A stretch of 64,000 nt of DNA from Elusimicrobiota bacterium (GTDB lineage Bacteria > Elusimicrobiota > Elusimicrobia > Elusimicrobiales > UBA9959), in assembly GCA_037137395.1 (NCBI GenBank), contig JBAXKK010000003.1, forward strand, positions 541-64,540, read 5' to 3'. Shown here one piece after another: positions 17,133 through 25,151 of the stretch. The notes under the pieces were generated by a model, which saw only the letters and a list, made by a program, of their open reading frames with translations, was not told where the DNA came from and did not search any database. Each line of letters starts with the position of its first letter. Positions within the stretch are counted from its first letter, which is position 1. A program made the translations under genes and the position numbers.

Positions 17133-18443
17133 CTACGCCGGCAATGTGCCCGTGGTATTGGCGGGGAAATCCCCGACCGGCGCGCCGTCGTAAAGCCCGG
17201 CGCCGCAGGGATCATCCGGCAGGAACGGCCCGTACATGGGGCATGGCTGACCATTTGCAGAATCGGGAGGCAGACAGCAGCAGGCTGACTCGATCTTACA
17301 GCCGCATTCCGCCCCGTAACCTTCGGTATCGATATATTCCTCCTTCCCGATATCCTGCAAGGTCTGAGCGTCATCAGGGTTGGAAAAACTTTCAACATCG
17401 TCATTTCCCGGGCCAGCGGAAGGCTGCCCCGCATCGGCGGCAGGATTATCGCCCGTATTCCCGGATCCCGTGAACGGGCCCAGCGGGGTGAACAGCGCCT
17501 TAGCCAGGTCTCTGCTCCCTTTTTTCTCCTGATAGTCTTTATCTTCTTTCAGCGCTTCTTTGGTGCCTTCCTTATCGAGCTCCGGCTTGCCCACGCTGGA
17601 CACTCCGAGCGACTTGGCATCGGTGGCGTCCATATTCTGATCTCTGAGGAAGTTGGGAATGGAACCGGGATTCACGCGGTCCAGCTTGGCCTTCACCTTC
17701 TCATCGTACTCCAGAGAAAGCTGCGCATCGTGGTTGGCGTCAAAGGCCTTGGCTATCCAGCTTTTAGCCGAGTCCTGGGAGGCCAGCCGCGCCCCGTAAA
17801 GATTCGCTTTGAAAGCGCTTTTCAGCGCCTCCATCACGGACATCTTCGGCCCTTTTGCGAGACCGCCGCCTGGCGCGCCGTTTTTAGACTGCGCGGTCGC
17901 GGCCGAAACGCCGCCGCTCATTTCTTCCGGCCTAAGCGCCATCGCTTTTGAGGCCTGGCCGCCATTCATCTGGCCGAGATGTATCGCCCCGGCGTTAAGC
18001 CTGTAGGCGAGCCCGGAGCCCTGAGCCGGGGAACGCGACGCGGAACCGCCGCCGGAAGCAGAATTAAAGTTTCCGCCCCCGGCGCCGCCGGCTTTACCTG
18101 AGACAGGGAGGGCCGCGGCGGCGGAATTATCCATAAATTCTTTTTGAAGCGCAGGGTCAGCCTTAGCCAATTCCTCTTCCGAAGCAAAAAATCCTTCTTC
18201 CTTTTCAGTTTTGGCCGCGGAGCCTTCCCCGTAAGGCGCGCTATTGGCGCTAAGAGAATTATAGTTGCCGCCGCCCGCAAGCTTATTGGCGGCGTTTTTC
18301 ATGGTAAACCAGGCGACAAACCCGCCCGCAATAAGAAATGCCAGCACCAGCAAGGTGCTCAACCATTTATAATTCCTTATATTTTTTAAGCCGGGAAAAG
18401 AAGCCCAAAAACCGCCTCGTTCCTCATCCTCTTCGGAAGCCAT
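17133..18443 (-). CDS. membrane-anchored low-complexity protein with Cys-rich C-terminus
   Basis: Acidic N-terminus, one TM segment (LSTLLVLAFLIAGGFVAWF), a Gly/Ala/Ser-rich region, and C-terminal GAECGCKIESACCCLPPDSANGQPCPMYGPFLPDDPCG. I recognise no family. Confidence 0.55.
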   Translation of the reverse strand: MASEEDEERGGFWASFPGLKNIRNYKWLSTLLVLAFLIAGGFVAWFTMKNAANKLAGGGNYNSLSANSAPYGEGSAAKTEKEEGFFASEEELAKADPALQKEFMDNSAAAALPVSGKAGGAGGGNFNSASGGGSASRSPAQGSGLAYRLNAGAIHLGQMNGGQASKAMALRPEEMSGGVSAATAQSKNGAPGGGLAKGPKMSVMEALKSAFKANLYGARLASQDSAKSWIAKAFDANHDAQLSLEYDEKVKAKLDRVNPGSIPNFLRDQNMDATDAKSLGVSSVGKPELDKEGTKEALKEDKDYQEKKGSRDLAKALFTPLGPFTGSGNTGDNPAADAGQPSAGPGNDDVESFSNPDDAQTLQDIGKEEYIDTEGYGAECGCKIESACCCLPPDSANGQPCPMYGPFLPDDPCGAGLYDGAPVGDFPANTTGTLPA

Positions 18444-18545
18444 ATCCCCTCCGCCTTATCCCGGATTAAAAAAAATAATCTGAGTCTGGAGACTAATATG
18501 CATAGATATTATCCCCACGGCCCATTTTTTGGTTATCTCACTTAT

Positions 18546-18574
18546 GTTATAGCAGAGGAAACAACTAATTTCAA
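18546..18574 (-). promoter_or_regulatory. sigma70-type promoter
   Basis: The minus strand reads TTGAAA (18574-18569), a 17-nt spacer, then TATAAC (18551-18546). About 100 nt upstream of ATG 18443. Confidence 0.5.
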
Positions 18575-18640
18575 GGTCTAACCCACAAAAGGATGTGCGC
18601 GATCATTACAAGATATCATTTGGTTTACAGAGAAACCACG

Positions 18641-19243
18641 CTATTTGCTAAGGCCGGGCAGAACAAATTGTATCGGCCGGTCGCGGTTAGGAACATACTT
18701 GATCACTTGCAGCTGTTTTCCGCCGGTGCAGAGGTAATCGTAACCATTATTGCAGGCTTCGCCGTACGGGGCGGCGCATACCACCTGCCTGGGATACTTA
18801 CACAACATCCTAATCCCGGCCGGGTCGGTCTCAATAGTCAGGGTCACCACGTTCCAGACCTGGGTCCGCACGACTTCGAGCGTAAATGTGCGCAGATTAA
18901 GAAATTTTTTAACCGATGGCGTGTCAAACCCGACATAGCCTCTGACCTTGTCTTCGATATCCCTTCTAAGCCATGGATCGTCCCAATTGGCGGCGAACTC
19001 GGCGCTAAGATGGGATTCCAACTGCCAGCGGCGGGCGGCGTAATATGAACCAATCTCCATCTTCTGCACCAGAACCAGCAGTGCGAACATCTTGGCCGTC
19101 ATGAATACAACCAGCATGAAGATTGGGAACAGCAGGACGACTTCGGTCATGGCTTGTCCTTTCCGGCTCCGCCGGAAAGGACGCCATAGGCCATAGGCCG
19201 TATGCTTTAAGCTTGTTATTATTTTGGATAATTTCATCTGCAT
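18641..19243 (-). CDS. TadE-like pseudopilin
   Basis: N-terminal RKGQAMTEVVLLFPIFMLVVF (TadE/TadG-type hydrophobic N-terminus); ATG preceded by AAGGTG. The leader MQMKLSKIITSLKHTAYGLW is shared with the flp gene at 20846. Confidence 0.7.
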   Translation of the reverse strand: MQMKLSKIITSLKHTAYGLWRPFRRSRKGQAMTEVVLLFPIFMLVVFMTAKMFALLVLVQKMEIGSYYAARRWQLESHLSAEFAANWDDPWLRRDIEDKVRGYVGFDTPSVKKFLNLRTFTLEVVRTQVWNVVTLTIETDPAGIRMLCKYPRQVVCAAPYGEACNNGYDYLCTGGKQLQVIKYVPNRDRPIQFVLPGLSK

Positions 19244-19289
19244 TTCAGCACCTTATCTGCATATGGCTTATGGCCTAAAGCATATGGCA
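19183..19289. repeat. imperfect inverted repeat (GCCATAGGC / GCATATGGC word family) bracketing a start codon
   Basis: Left arm is gccataggccataggccgtatgctttaagc; right arm is gcatatggcttatggcctaaagcatatggc. A stem of ~12 bp is possible (gtatgctttaag with cctaaagcatat). The SD and ATG 19243 lie between the arms. Confidence 0.6.
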
Positions 19290-19293
19290 TTGT

Positions 19294-20553
19294 TCACGGA
19301 TACAGCCTGGTTTGATACTTAGGCGTGGGATTGGGCCATACGCAGTTATTGCCGGAACTCAACTGCGAACACTGAGTGGCCACAAGGGCGTGCACGCAGG
19401 GACGCCCGGTCTCCTGACAGGCCACCATGCTGTTGAAATTAACGCCGAAATAATTAGAGGACACATCCCAGCCCTGGTAAACATGATAGCCGGGACGCCC
19501 CACGGTCTTCAGAGCGTCGTCGCTGAAAGTGGCAATCTGGAACAATCCTTTGCCCGGCATCCGTATCGGAGGATCTACCCACCCCAGAAAATACGGCGGC
19601 AAGCCGGACTTAGGCACTTTGGCGTAGAACATTATTTCTTTCAGGTACCAGATGAACATGTTCGAACCGCGCACAAACCTGTTGTTCCTGAACCCGCCCG
19701 GACTCCTGACGCCGTCTTCGCCGCAGGTATTGGGATTATCCACGCATTCCTGGGTGTTGGCGTTCAGATAATAAGACTTCCTGAAAAAATTAAAATTCTC
19801 GGTCAGGCGTTCAAACACCGTCATCTGGGATTCCTCCACCGCGCCCAGCATGGTATAGACCCGGGAGTAAAATTGATAAATAGATGCGGCCGGGTCCCAG
19901 AATATATATGTATAAATGCCCTGATCACGGGTTATCAGTTTGAGCAAATTATCCATCGCCGGAGGATTTTTATTTATGCCGCCCCTGGGCGGATCCTTAT
20001 ACGCGATCTCCCATTTGGACTCGGCGTCCAGGGGCGTGGCTTCCGCACCCGAAACATCGTTTTTATATTTAGGTATAGCCCCCGCGTCGTAAAGCATATC
20101 GTAAACACAGACCGAGCCGCTCTCATCTGTCTTTTTCAGACAGTTGCCTCCGCTGCCGCCGCAGCCACCCACGCACTCATACGCTTCCTTGAAGATCCTG
20201 TACGGGAACGCGCCGTTGACATAAGCCGTACGGTTGAGGATATTGGTGTAGTCTCCCATCTGAATGAAGGCGGCGGAATCCACCGCGAACTGCTGGCGTA
20301 TTTTTTCTCTGGACAACTTCGTGGTCTCAAATATAAGGTAGATAAAAAGCATGAGAGACGGGATTATCAGGACAGAAGGAATCAGTATCTGTCCTTTCCG
20401 AACGCGCGGAGTCAGGTCAGGGATGTTAAGGCGGAGGGCAGATATAATACCCAATAGAAAATGAAGGAATGCAAAAAAAGAGTTGCATATCCTATTCTCG
20501 TTAATATTTTCAACCCCGCCTCTGAATGCCATATTTATCTTCTCTTTTTTCAC
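19294..20553 (-). CDS. TadG-like large pseudopilin / pilus-associated protein (Cys-rich)
   Basis: N-terminal VRKGQILIPSVLIIPSLMLFIYLIF resembles the TadE/TadG class; about 340 aa extracytoplasmic with many Cys pairs. The start is uncertain (GTG 20553 or ATG 20532). Confidence 0.55.
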   Translation of the reverse strand: MKKEKINMAFRGGVENINENRICNSFFAFLHFLLGIISALRLNIPDLTPRVRKGQILIPSVLIIPSLMLFIYLIFETTKLSREKIRQQFAVDSAAFIQMGDYTNILNRTAYVNGAFPYRIFKEAYECVGGCGGSGGNCLKKTDESGSVCVYDMLYDAGAIPKYKNDVSGAEATPLDAESKWEIAYKDPPRGGINKNPPAMDNLLKLITRDQGIYTYIFWDPAASIYQFYSRVYTMLGAVEESQMTVFERLTENFNFFRKSYYLNANTQECVDNPNTCGEDGVRSPGGFRNNRFVRGSNMFIWYLKEIMFYAKVPKSGLPPYFLGWVDPPIRMPGKGLFQIATFSDDALKTVGRPGYHVYQGWDVSSNYFGVNFNSMVACQETGRPCVHALVATQCSQLSSGNNCVWPNPTPKYQTRLYP

Positions 20554-20573
20554 CCTGTACCCTACAACTGCGG

Positions 20574-20846
20574 TTAAGTGGGCTTGCCGGCGCCCATTAC
20601 CATGCCAATCAAACTAAACATCCCGCCCAGAATTTTTTTATGAAACAGTATCCCGATTATCAGCGTCATTCCGACAACCACGGCCAGCATAAGGAGATAC
20701 TCCACCGTGGTCTGCCCCTTCCGGAATATACGGGGAGGGCGCGCGAAACCACACGCAGCAATACAAGTTAAGCCATAGGCCATAGGCCATAGGCCATAGA
20801 CATAATGCTTTAAGCTTTTTACTGTTTCGGATAATTTAATCTGCAT
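20574..20846 (-). CDS. flp: Flp-family prepilin (third copy)
   Basis: G/XXXXEY processing motif RKGQTTVEYLLMLAVVVG. The long leader starts at ATG 20846 (SD AAGG); an alternative in-frame ATG lies inside the heptamer repeat. Confidence 0.75.
   Translation of the reverse strand: MQIKLSETVKSLKHYVYGLWPMAYGLTCIAACGFARPPRIFRKGQTTVEYLLMLAVVVGMTLIIGILFHKKILGGMFSLIGMVMGAGKPT
20772..20799. repeat. heptanucleotide repeat (GCCATAG)x4 inside the flp leader coding region
   Basis: The coding strand reads CTATGGC x4 and encodes YGLWPMAYG. Each unit carries an ATG, so ATGs occur in all three frames. Confidence 0.9.
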
Positions 20847-20908
20847 TTTTAAACCTTGTCCGCCTATGGCGCACAGCCTACAACTTATGGCGGTTTTTTC
20901 CCTACTAT

Positions 20909-20937
20909 CTTATACCACCAAAACAGGCCGTTTTCAA
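20909..20937 (-). promoter_or_regulatory. sigma70-type promoter for the flp/tadG/tadE satellite cluster
   Basis: The minus strand reads TTGAAA (20937-20932), a 17-nt spacer, then TATAAG (20914-20909). Confidence 0.5.
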
Positions 20938-20983
20938 GGGCCCTGCTGCGCCATATAGCATACCTCAGCTATGTTACATTATC

Positions 20984-21020
20984 ATTAAAAAAGGGGCTGC
21001 CGGAAAAGTCAGCAGCCCCC
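20984..21020 (-). terminator. intrinsic terminator after the NarL-type regulator gene
   Basis: Minus-strand RNA reads GGGGCUGC-UGACUUUUCCG-GCAGCCCC followed by UUUUUUAAU. Confidence 0.8.
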
Positions 21021-21043
21021 TTATAATTATGAAAGCGGCCCGA

Positions 21044-21715
21044 TTATTGACCTTCGTGCGATATGAGGCCTTTTTCTATTGCCTTCACCACAGCTTCGGT
21101 CCTGTTGTTAGCCGAGAGCTTCTGAAAGATGCTGTTGAGGTGGTTTTTAACGGTCTTGACGCTGCAGTCGAGCGTGGCGGCAATTTCCTTGTTAGAGTTA
21201 CCCTTGCCGAGGAGTGACATAACTTTTATCTCTGTGGCGGTAAGGGAGTCGGGAGCGTTCTCGTAGCCGGGCTGCCCCATCTGCCTTAAACCCTGTATAA
21301 GTTTCCCCATTATAGGCTGGGGTATCATCACGCCGTCGGTGGTGAAAGTTTTAAGCGCGTGAACCAGTTCGGAAGCGGGCAGCATTTTCGAAAGGTAGCC
21401 GTTGGCGCCGGCCTGGATAGCTTCGGTCACATGCGCCTCATCTTCGTAGCTGGAGAGGATCAGCACATTCGTGTTGGGACACTCCTTCCTTATGATGCGC
21501 GTAGCCGAAACGCCGTCCATCTGAGGAAGTTTTATATCCATCAGGATTACATCAGGCTTTAGTTTCTTTGCCATGGCGACTACTTCCGGGCCGTTGGAGG
21601 CTTCACCCACGACGGTTATTCCTTTTTCGTCTTCCAGCAGATCCTTGATTCCTTCCCTGAAAAGTGTCTGGTCGTCTGCGATTAAAACTGTAACTGTTTT
21701 TTTAGGGGTAGCCAT
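21044..21715 (-). CDS. NarL/LuxR-family response regulator
   Basis: REC domain (VLIADDQ...DVILMDIKLP...SSYED...GYLSK) plus a C-terminal LuxR HTH (LTATEIKVMSLLGKGNSNKEIAATLDCSVKTVKNHL). Confidence 0.9.
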   Translation of the reverse strand: MATPKKTVTVLIADDQTLFREGIKDLLEDEKGITVVGEASNGPEVVAMAKKLKPDVILMDIKLPQMDGVSATRIIRKECPNTNVLILSSYEDEAHVTEAIQAGANGYLSKMLPASELVHALKTFTTDGVMIPQPIMGKLIQGLRQMGQPGYENAPDSLTATEIKVMSLLGKGNSNKEIAATLDCSVKTVKNHLNSIFQKLSANNRTEAVVKAIEKGLISHEGQ

Positions 21716-21841
21716 GCTAAACTCCTTGTTTTATAACTCGGTTATACCTGTATACCTGCAACCCGACTGCCTGCAGCCTATTCAATAAGATTATACCTGA
21801 TTATGCCGCTCTTTTTAAAATCCGTTTAAAATTTTTAACTG

Positions 21842-22990
21842 TCAGGCCGCCTTGTCGGCTACCGGCGGCGGCTCCTTGGCGAACGGAATAGTGAATTTAA
21901 ACGAGGAGCCCTTTCCCACGCCTTCGGATTCCACCCAGATCTTGCCCTCATGATTTTGAATTATCTCTTTCGCGATGGAAAGACCGAGGCCGAGCCGCCC
22001 GTGCGGGGACTTACCGCCGGCCGGCTGGTAGAAGCTATGGAAAAGTTTGGTCAGCTCAGCCGGGTCTATGCCCTCGCCCGTGTCCTTCACGGAAACGCAG
22101 ACCGAGTCTTCCAGACGCTCAACAAAAACCATTATGCTCCCTCCGCGCGAAGTGTGCCGGATCGCGTTTTCCAGGAGATTCATAAGCACCTGGCTTATCC
22201 GGCGCTTGTCTGCGCAGACCATCTTAAGGTTCTCTTTATTGATGCTGGTGGCGATCGATATGCTTTTCTGCTGAGCCCTGGCTTTAGGTCCCACGACAAT
22301 CTCGTCCACCATCTTGTCCATTTCGAAATAATTCTTTTCCATGCGCAACTTGCCCTGCTCGATGGATGCCCAGTCCACCAGATCGCCAATAAGGCGCGAG
22401 ATCTGGGAGATGCTGGTGTTGATAAAACTCATCTTCTTGCCCTGGTCCTCATTCGGGGTAATAGTGGCGGCAAGCATCTCAAAGCTTATCTGCAGGGTCA
22501 TCAGGGAGTTGGAGAGGTCATGCGAGGCCATGGACATGAATTTAGACTTCATCCCGTTCAGGCGGTCCAGCTCCTCGTTATTATGCTTGAGCATGTCAAT
22601 AAGGCGCTTATTCTCCTGCTCGAGAAAAAGCTTTTCTTCAGCCTTCTTTATGGCGCGCCGCAGGTAATTAAAATCAACGGGCTTTATCAGGAAATCGTAA
22701 ACGGATTCCTGGATGGCCTTGACTGCGGTATCCAGGGAGGCGTGGGCGGTCATCATCAGGATCTGGCTGTCGGTGTTAAGTTTTCGGATATCCTTTATGA
22801 CCTCGATGCCGGTCTTATCGGTGAGGTTGAAATCCATGAGGATAATGTGGTAAAAATCGGAAACGACCCGTTTCATGGCCTCGGCGCCGGAACTGGCCTC
22901 AAAAACCTTGTAGCCTTCCATTTCCAATAAGTCGCGCAGGGTTTCCCGCAGGTGGGCGTCATCATCAACGATTAGTATCTTGCTTTCCAT
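21842..22990 (-). CDS. hybrid response-regulator/histidine kinase (N-terminal REC, HisKA, HATPase_c)
   Basis: MESKILIVDDDAHL...ILMDFNL...KPV; H-box FMSMASHDLSNSL; N box LMNLLENAIRHT; G boxes DTGEGI and GLGLSIAK. Start set at ATG 22990. Confidence 0.85.
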   Translation of the reverse strand: MESKILIVDDDAHLRETLRDLLEMEGYKVFEASSGAEAMKRVVSDFYHIILMDFNLTDKTGIEVIKDIRKLNTDSQILMMTAHASLDTAVKAIQESVYDFLIKPVDFNYLRRAIKKAEEKLFLEQENKRLIDMLKHNNEELDRLNGMKSKFMSMASHDLSNSLMTLQISFEMLAATITPNEDQGKKMSFINTSISQISRLIGDLVDWASIEQGKLRMEKNYFEMDKMVDEIVVGPKARAQQKSISIATSINKENLKMVCADKRRISQVLMNLLENAIRHTSRGGSIMVFVERLEDSVCVSVKDTGEGIDPAELTKLFHSFYQPAGGKSPHGRLGLGLSIAKEIIQNHEGKIWVESEGVGKGSSFKFTIPFAKEPPPVADKAA

Positions 22991-23032
22991 AGTATAGCGT
23001 GACAGCGCTGGATTAAAACAGACTAACCACAA

Positions 23033-23102
23033 GCGGCAAAGATGCAAGGAGGCAAAGCCCCTGTCGGGCTAAACCGCTTTACATCCAAACGGCTTTGCAT
23101 CG
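23033..23102. repeat. imperfect inverted repeat (GCAAAG / GATGCAAG word family)
   Basis: gcggcaaagatgcaaggaggcaaagcccc ... ccgctttacatccaaacggctttgcatcg. The same words recur at 38760-38830. Confidence 0.6.
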
Positions 23103-23120
23103 TTGTTTATATCGCCGCGC

Positions 23121-25019
23121 TTACTTATATTGTTGCTTATTTTGATTATTGGTTACAAGCGGGATAAACAGTTTAAAGCAGGTGCCCTTGCCCACAATAC
23201 TGGTAACTTCGACGCGGCCTCTATGCCGGTCTACAATTTTCTTAACTACTGCCAGACCGAGGCCGGTGCCGCGGGCTTTGGTGGTGAAGAAGGGCGCGAA
23301 AATCTTTTCCAGGGTCTCTTTAGGAATGCCGGGGCCGGCGTCCTCCACATCTATACGAACCATATCCCCCGACACCTCGGTGCGAACGAAAATCCTGCCG
23401 GCATCGGGCATGACTTCAATGCCGTTCTTTATCAGGTTACGGACCGCCTGAGTCATCTCATCGGTGTCGATATTAACAGTGGGATTTTCCGGAGCAAGTT
23501 TTTTTATAAGTTCTATATGAGGAGGGAAGGGGTAAGACATCATGAGGTCTTCCATGTAGGCGTTCAGATGAGTTAGCTTTGGGTTCAGTTCTCTGGTGCG
23601 GGCGAAACCCAGAATCTCGTCAATAATGCCGTTGGCCTGACGGATCTCCGATTCTATTATTGAGATATGCTTGGTAACCTTCGGGTCCAGCGGATTTGCC
23701 GCGGCGGAGGCGTTGAATTTAGTCTTGATAAAGTAAATTGAATTATTTATGACGGCGAGAGGGTTACGGATCTCGTGCCCGACCACGGAAGCCATCTGGC
23801 CTATGGCGGCCAGACGCTCCTTCTTAATAAGTTCATCCTGCGCTGACTTAAGCTCGCGCGTGCGGGCTTCAACGCGGTTCTCAAGGCTGCGGTTAAGCCT
23901 TTCCAATTCTTCTTTGGCTGACATGATTTCTGCGGTCTTTACCTTCAGAGATTCGCTCATCTGCATAAAAGTATGGGCCAGCTCGCCTATCTCATCGTTT
24001 GGCATGCTGATGTCCGGCAGATAATCAAAATCGCCCTCTCCCAACTTTATAGCGGCTTCGCGCAACGCGTGTATAGGCTGCGTGATGAACAGCGACACGG
24101 CGTAACCGAGAATCAGCACGAAAACTGTGACAAGCAACATCATCCACCGGGTGCGCTTAAGCATCTCATTGGAGGCCGAATAGGCCACGGAGACAGAGCG
24201 CTGGATGTAAACAACCCAGCCGAGTTCGGAAACCTCCGCGAAAGCGCCGAGGACCTTCTCTCCGGTGTCGAGTATTATCTCCCCCCCTCCGGTCTTCGCG
24301 TCGTTTTGCAGGAGAATTTTAAGAATATCGTCCGGTAGCTTGGCATCAGGCTTATATATTTCTTTAAGGTTTGAGTGCGCTATCAGGAATCCGTTGGTAT
24401 CTATCACCGCGGCCTGCGTGTGTGTGATCTCAGGAAAACCAGTCTTCAGGATGCTGGAAAGGCCGGTGAGGCTCATCTTGGCGATAAGAACTCCCGTACC
24501 CTGATTGGTGGTGGAACTGACGATCTGCACACCCATGGTTATGGCCGGATAAGACCCCATGTATTTTTCCAGCCCGCCCACGAACTCGCCGGTTTTCATG
24601 ACCTTGGCGAACAGCGCGTCATTTGAAAAATCGCGCAGCTTATTATCGCGCACGAAACGGCCGACGCGCACGGTCTCCTGTCCTCCGGAGTCGATGACGG
24701 AAAGTTCAAGGAACGGGGCGTGCAGCTGCATGACATGATTGATCAGGGCCTGTTGCTTGCTCGCGTTCATGGAGGAAAAATCTTCAAGGTGGGCCGCGTC
24801 AAAAAGCACGTTCCGGAAATTAGTGACATAGCTGGAGACGGTGTCGGAGAAGCCTACGGCCAGGGCCTCCTGATCACGGGAGATGGCCCTGTTAAGCGTC
24901 ACCTGGCTCAGGTTCACCAGATAATAGCCGACTATACCCAGCGGCACCAGCGAGACAATAAGGAACACAAAAAGGAATTTATAAAAAAGCCGTCCGCGTT
25001 TTTTGGGAGCTTCGGTCAT
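23121..25019 (-). CDS. sensor histidine kinase (TM, Cache-like periplasmic domain, TM, HAMP, HisKA, HATPase_c)
   Basis: Two TM segments flank ~270 aa. HAMP ITQPIHALREAAIKLGEGDF; H-box VVGHEIRNPL; N box NLIKNGIEV; G boxes DAGPGI and GLGLAVVK. Confidence 0.9.
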   Translation of the reverse strand: MTEAPKKRGRLFYKFLFVFLIVSLVPLGIVGYYLVNLSQVTLNRAISRDQEALAVGFSDTVSSYVTNFRNVLFDAAHLEDFSSMNASKQQALINHVMQLHAPFLELSVIDSGGQETVRVGRFVRDNKLRDFSNDALFAKVMKTGEFVGGLEKYMGSYPAITMGVQIVSSTTNQGTGVLIAKMSLTGLSSILKTGFPEITHTQAAVIDTNGFLIAHSNLKEIYKPDAKLPDDILKILLQNDAKTGGGEIILDTGEKVLGAFAEVSELGWVVYIQRSVSVAYSASNEMLKRTRWMMLLVTVFVLILGYAVSLFITQPIHALREAAIKLGEGDFDYLPDISMPNDEIGELAHTFMQMSESLKVKTAEIMSAKEELERLNRSLENRVEARTRELKSAQDELIKKERLAAIGQMASVVGHEIRNPLAVINNSIYFIKTKFNASAAANPLDPKVTKHISIIESEIRQANGIIDEILGFARTRELNPKLTHLNAYMEDLMMSYPFPPHIELIKKLAPENPTVNIDTDEMTQAVRNLIKNGIEVMPDAGRIFVRTEVSGDMVRIDVEDAGPGIPKETLEKIFAPFFTTKARGTGLGLAVVKKIVDRHRGRVEVTSIVGKGTCFKLFIPLVTNNQNKQQYK

Positions 25020-25020
25020 A

Positions 25021-25080
25021 AGTCAGTAACCAGTACCCGGCAACCAGTAATCTCAACCGATTACAAATTACCCGGCTCAA
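25021..25080. repeat. word-based imperfect inverted repeat (CAGTAACC / GATTAC words)
   Basis: gtcagtaaccagtacccggcaaccagtaatc tcaacc gattacaaattacccggctc, immediately upstream of the HK start codon. Confidence 0.5.
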
Positions 25081-25151
25081 CTACATCTAAATCTGCAGTG
25101 ATATTATCGCAAAAGCATGTTGCGAAAATATTGCGCCAGACAGTCGAGGCG

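Noticed and set aside
19312-20457. 381-aa plus-strand ORF antisense to the TadG-like gene, and similar long antisense ORFs at 21950-22930, 24720-25670, 34389-35285, 42482-43267 and 62773-63726
   Set aside because: Their Arg/Gly/His/Ile-rich composition is typical of shadow ORFs, and they have no motifs. The opposite-strand products carry clear family motifs (histidine kinase boxes, Walker motifs, GH2, FlgD-Ig repeats).
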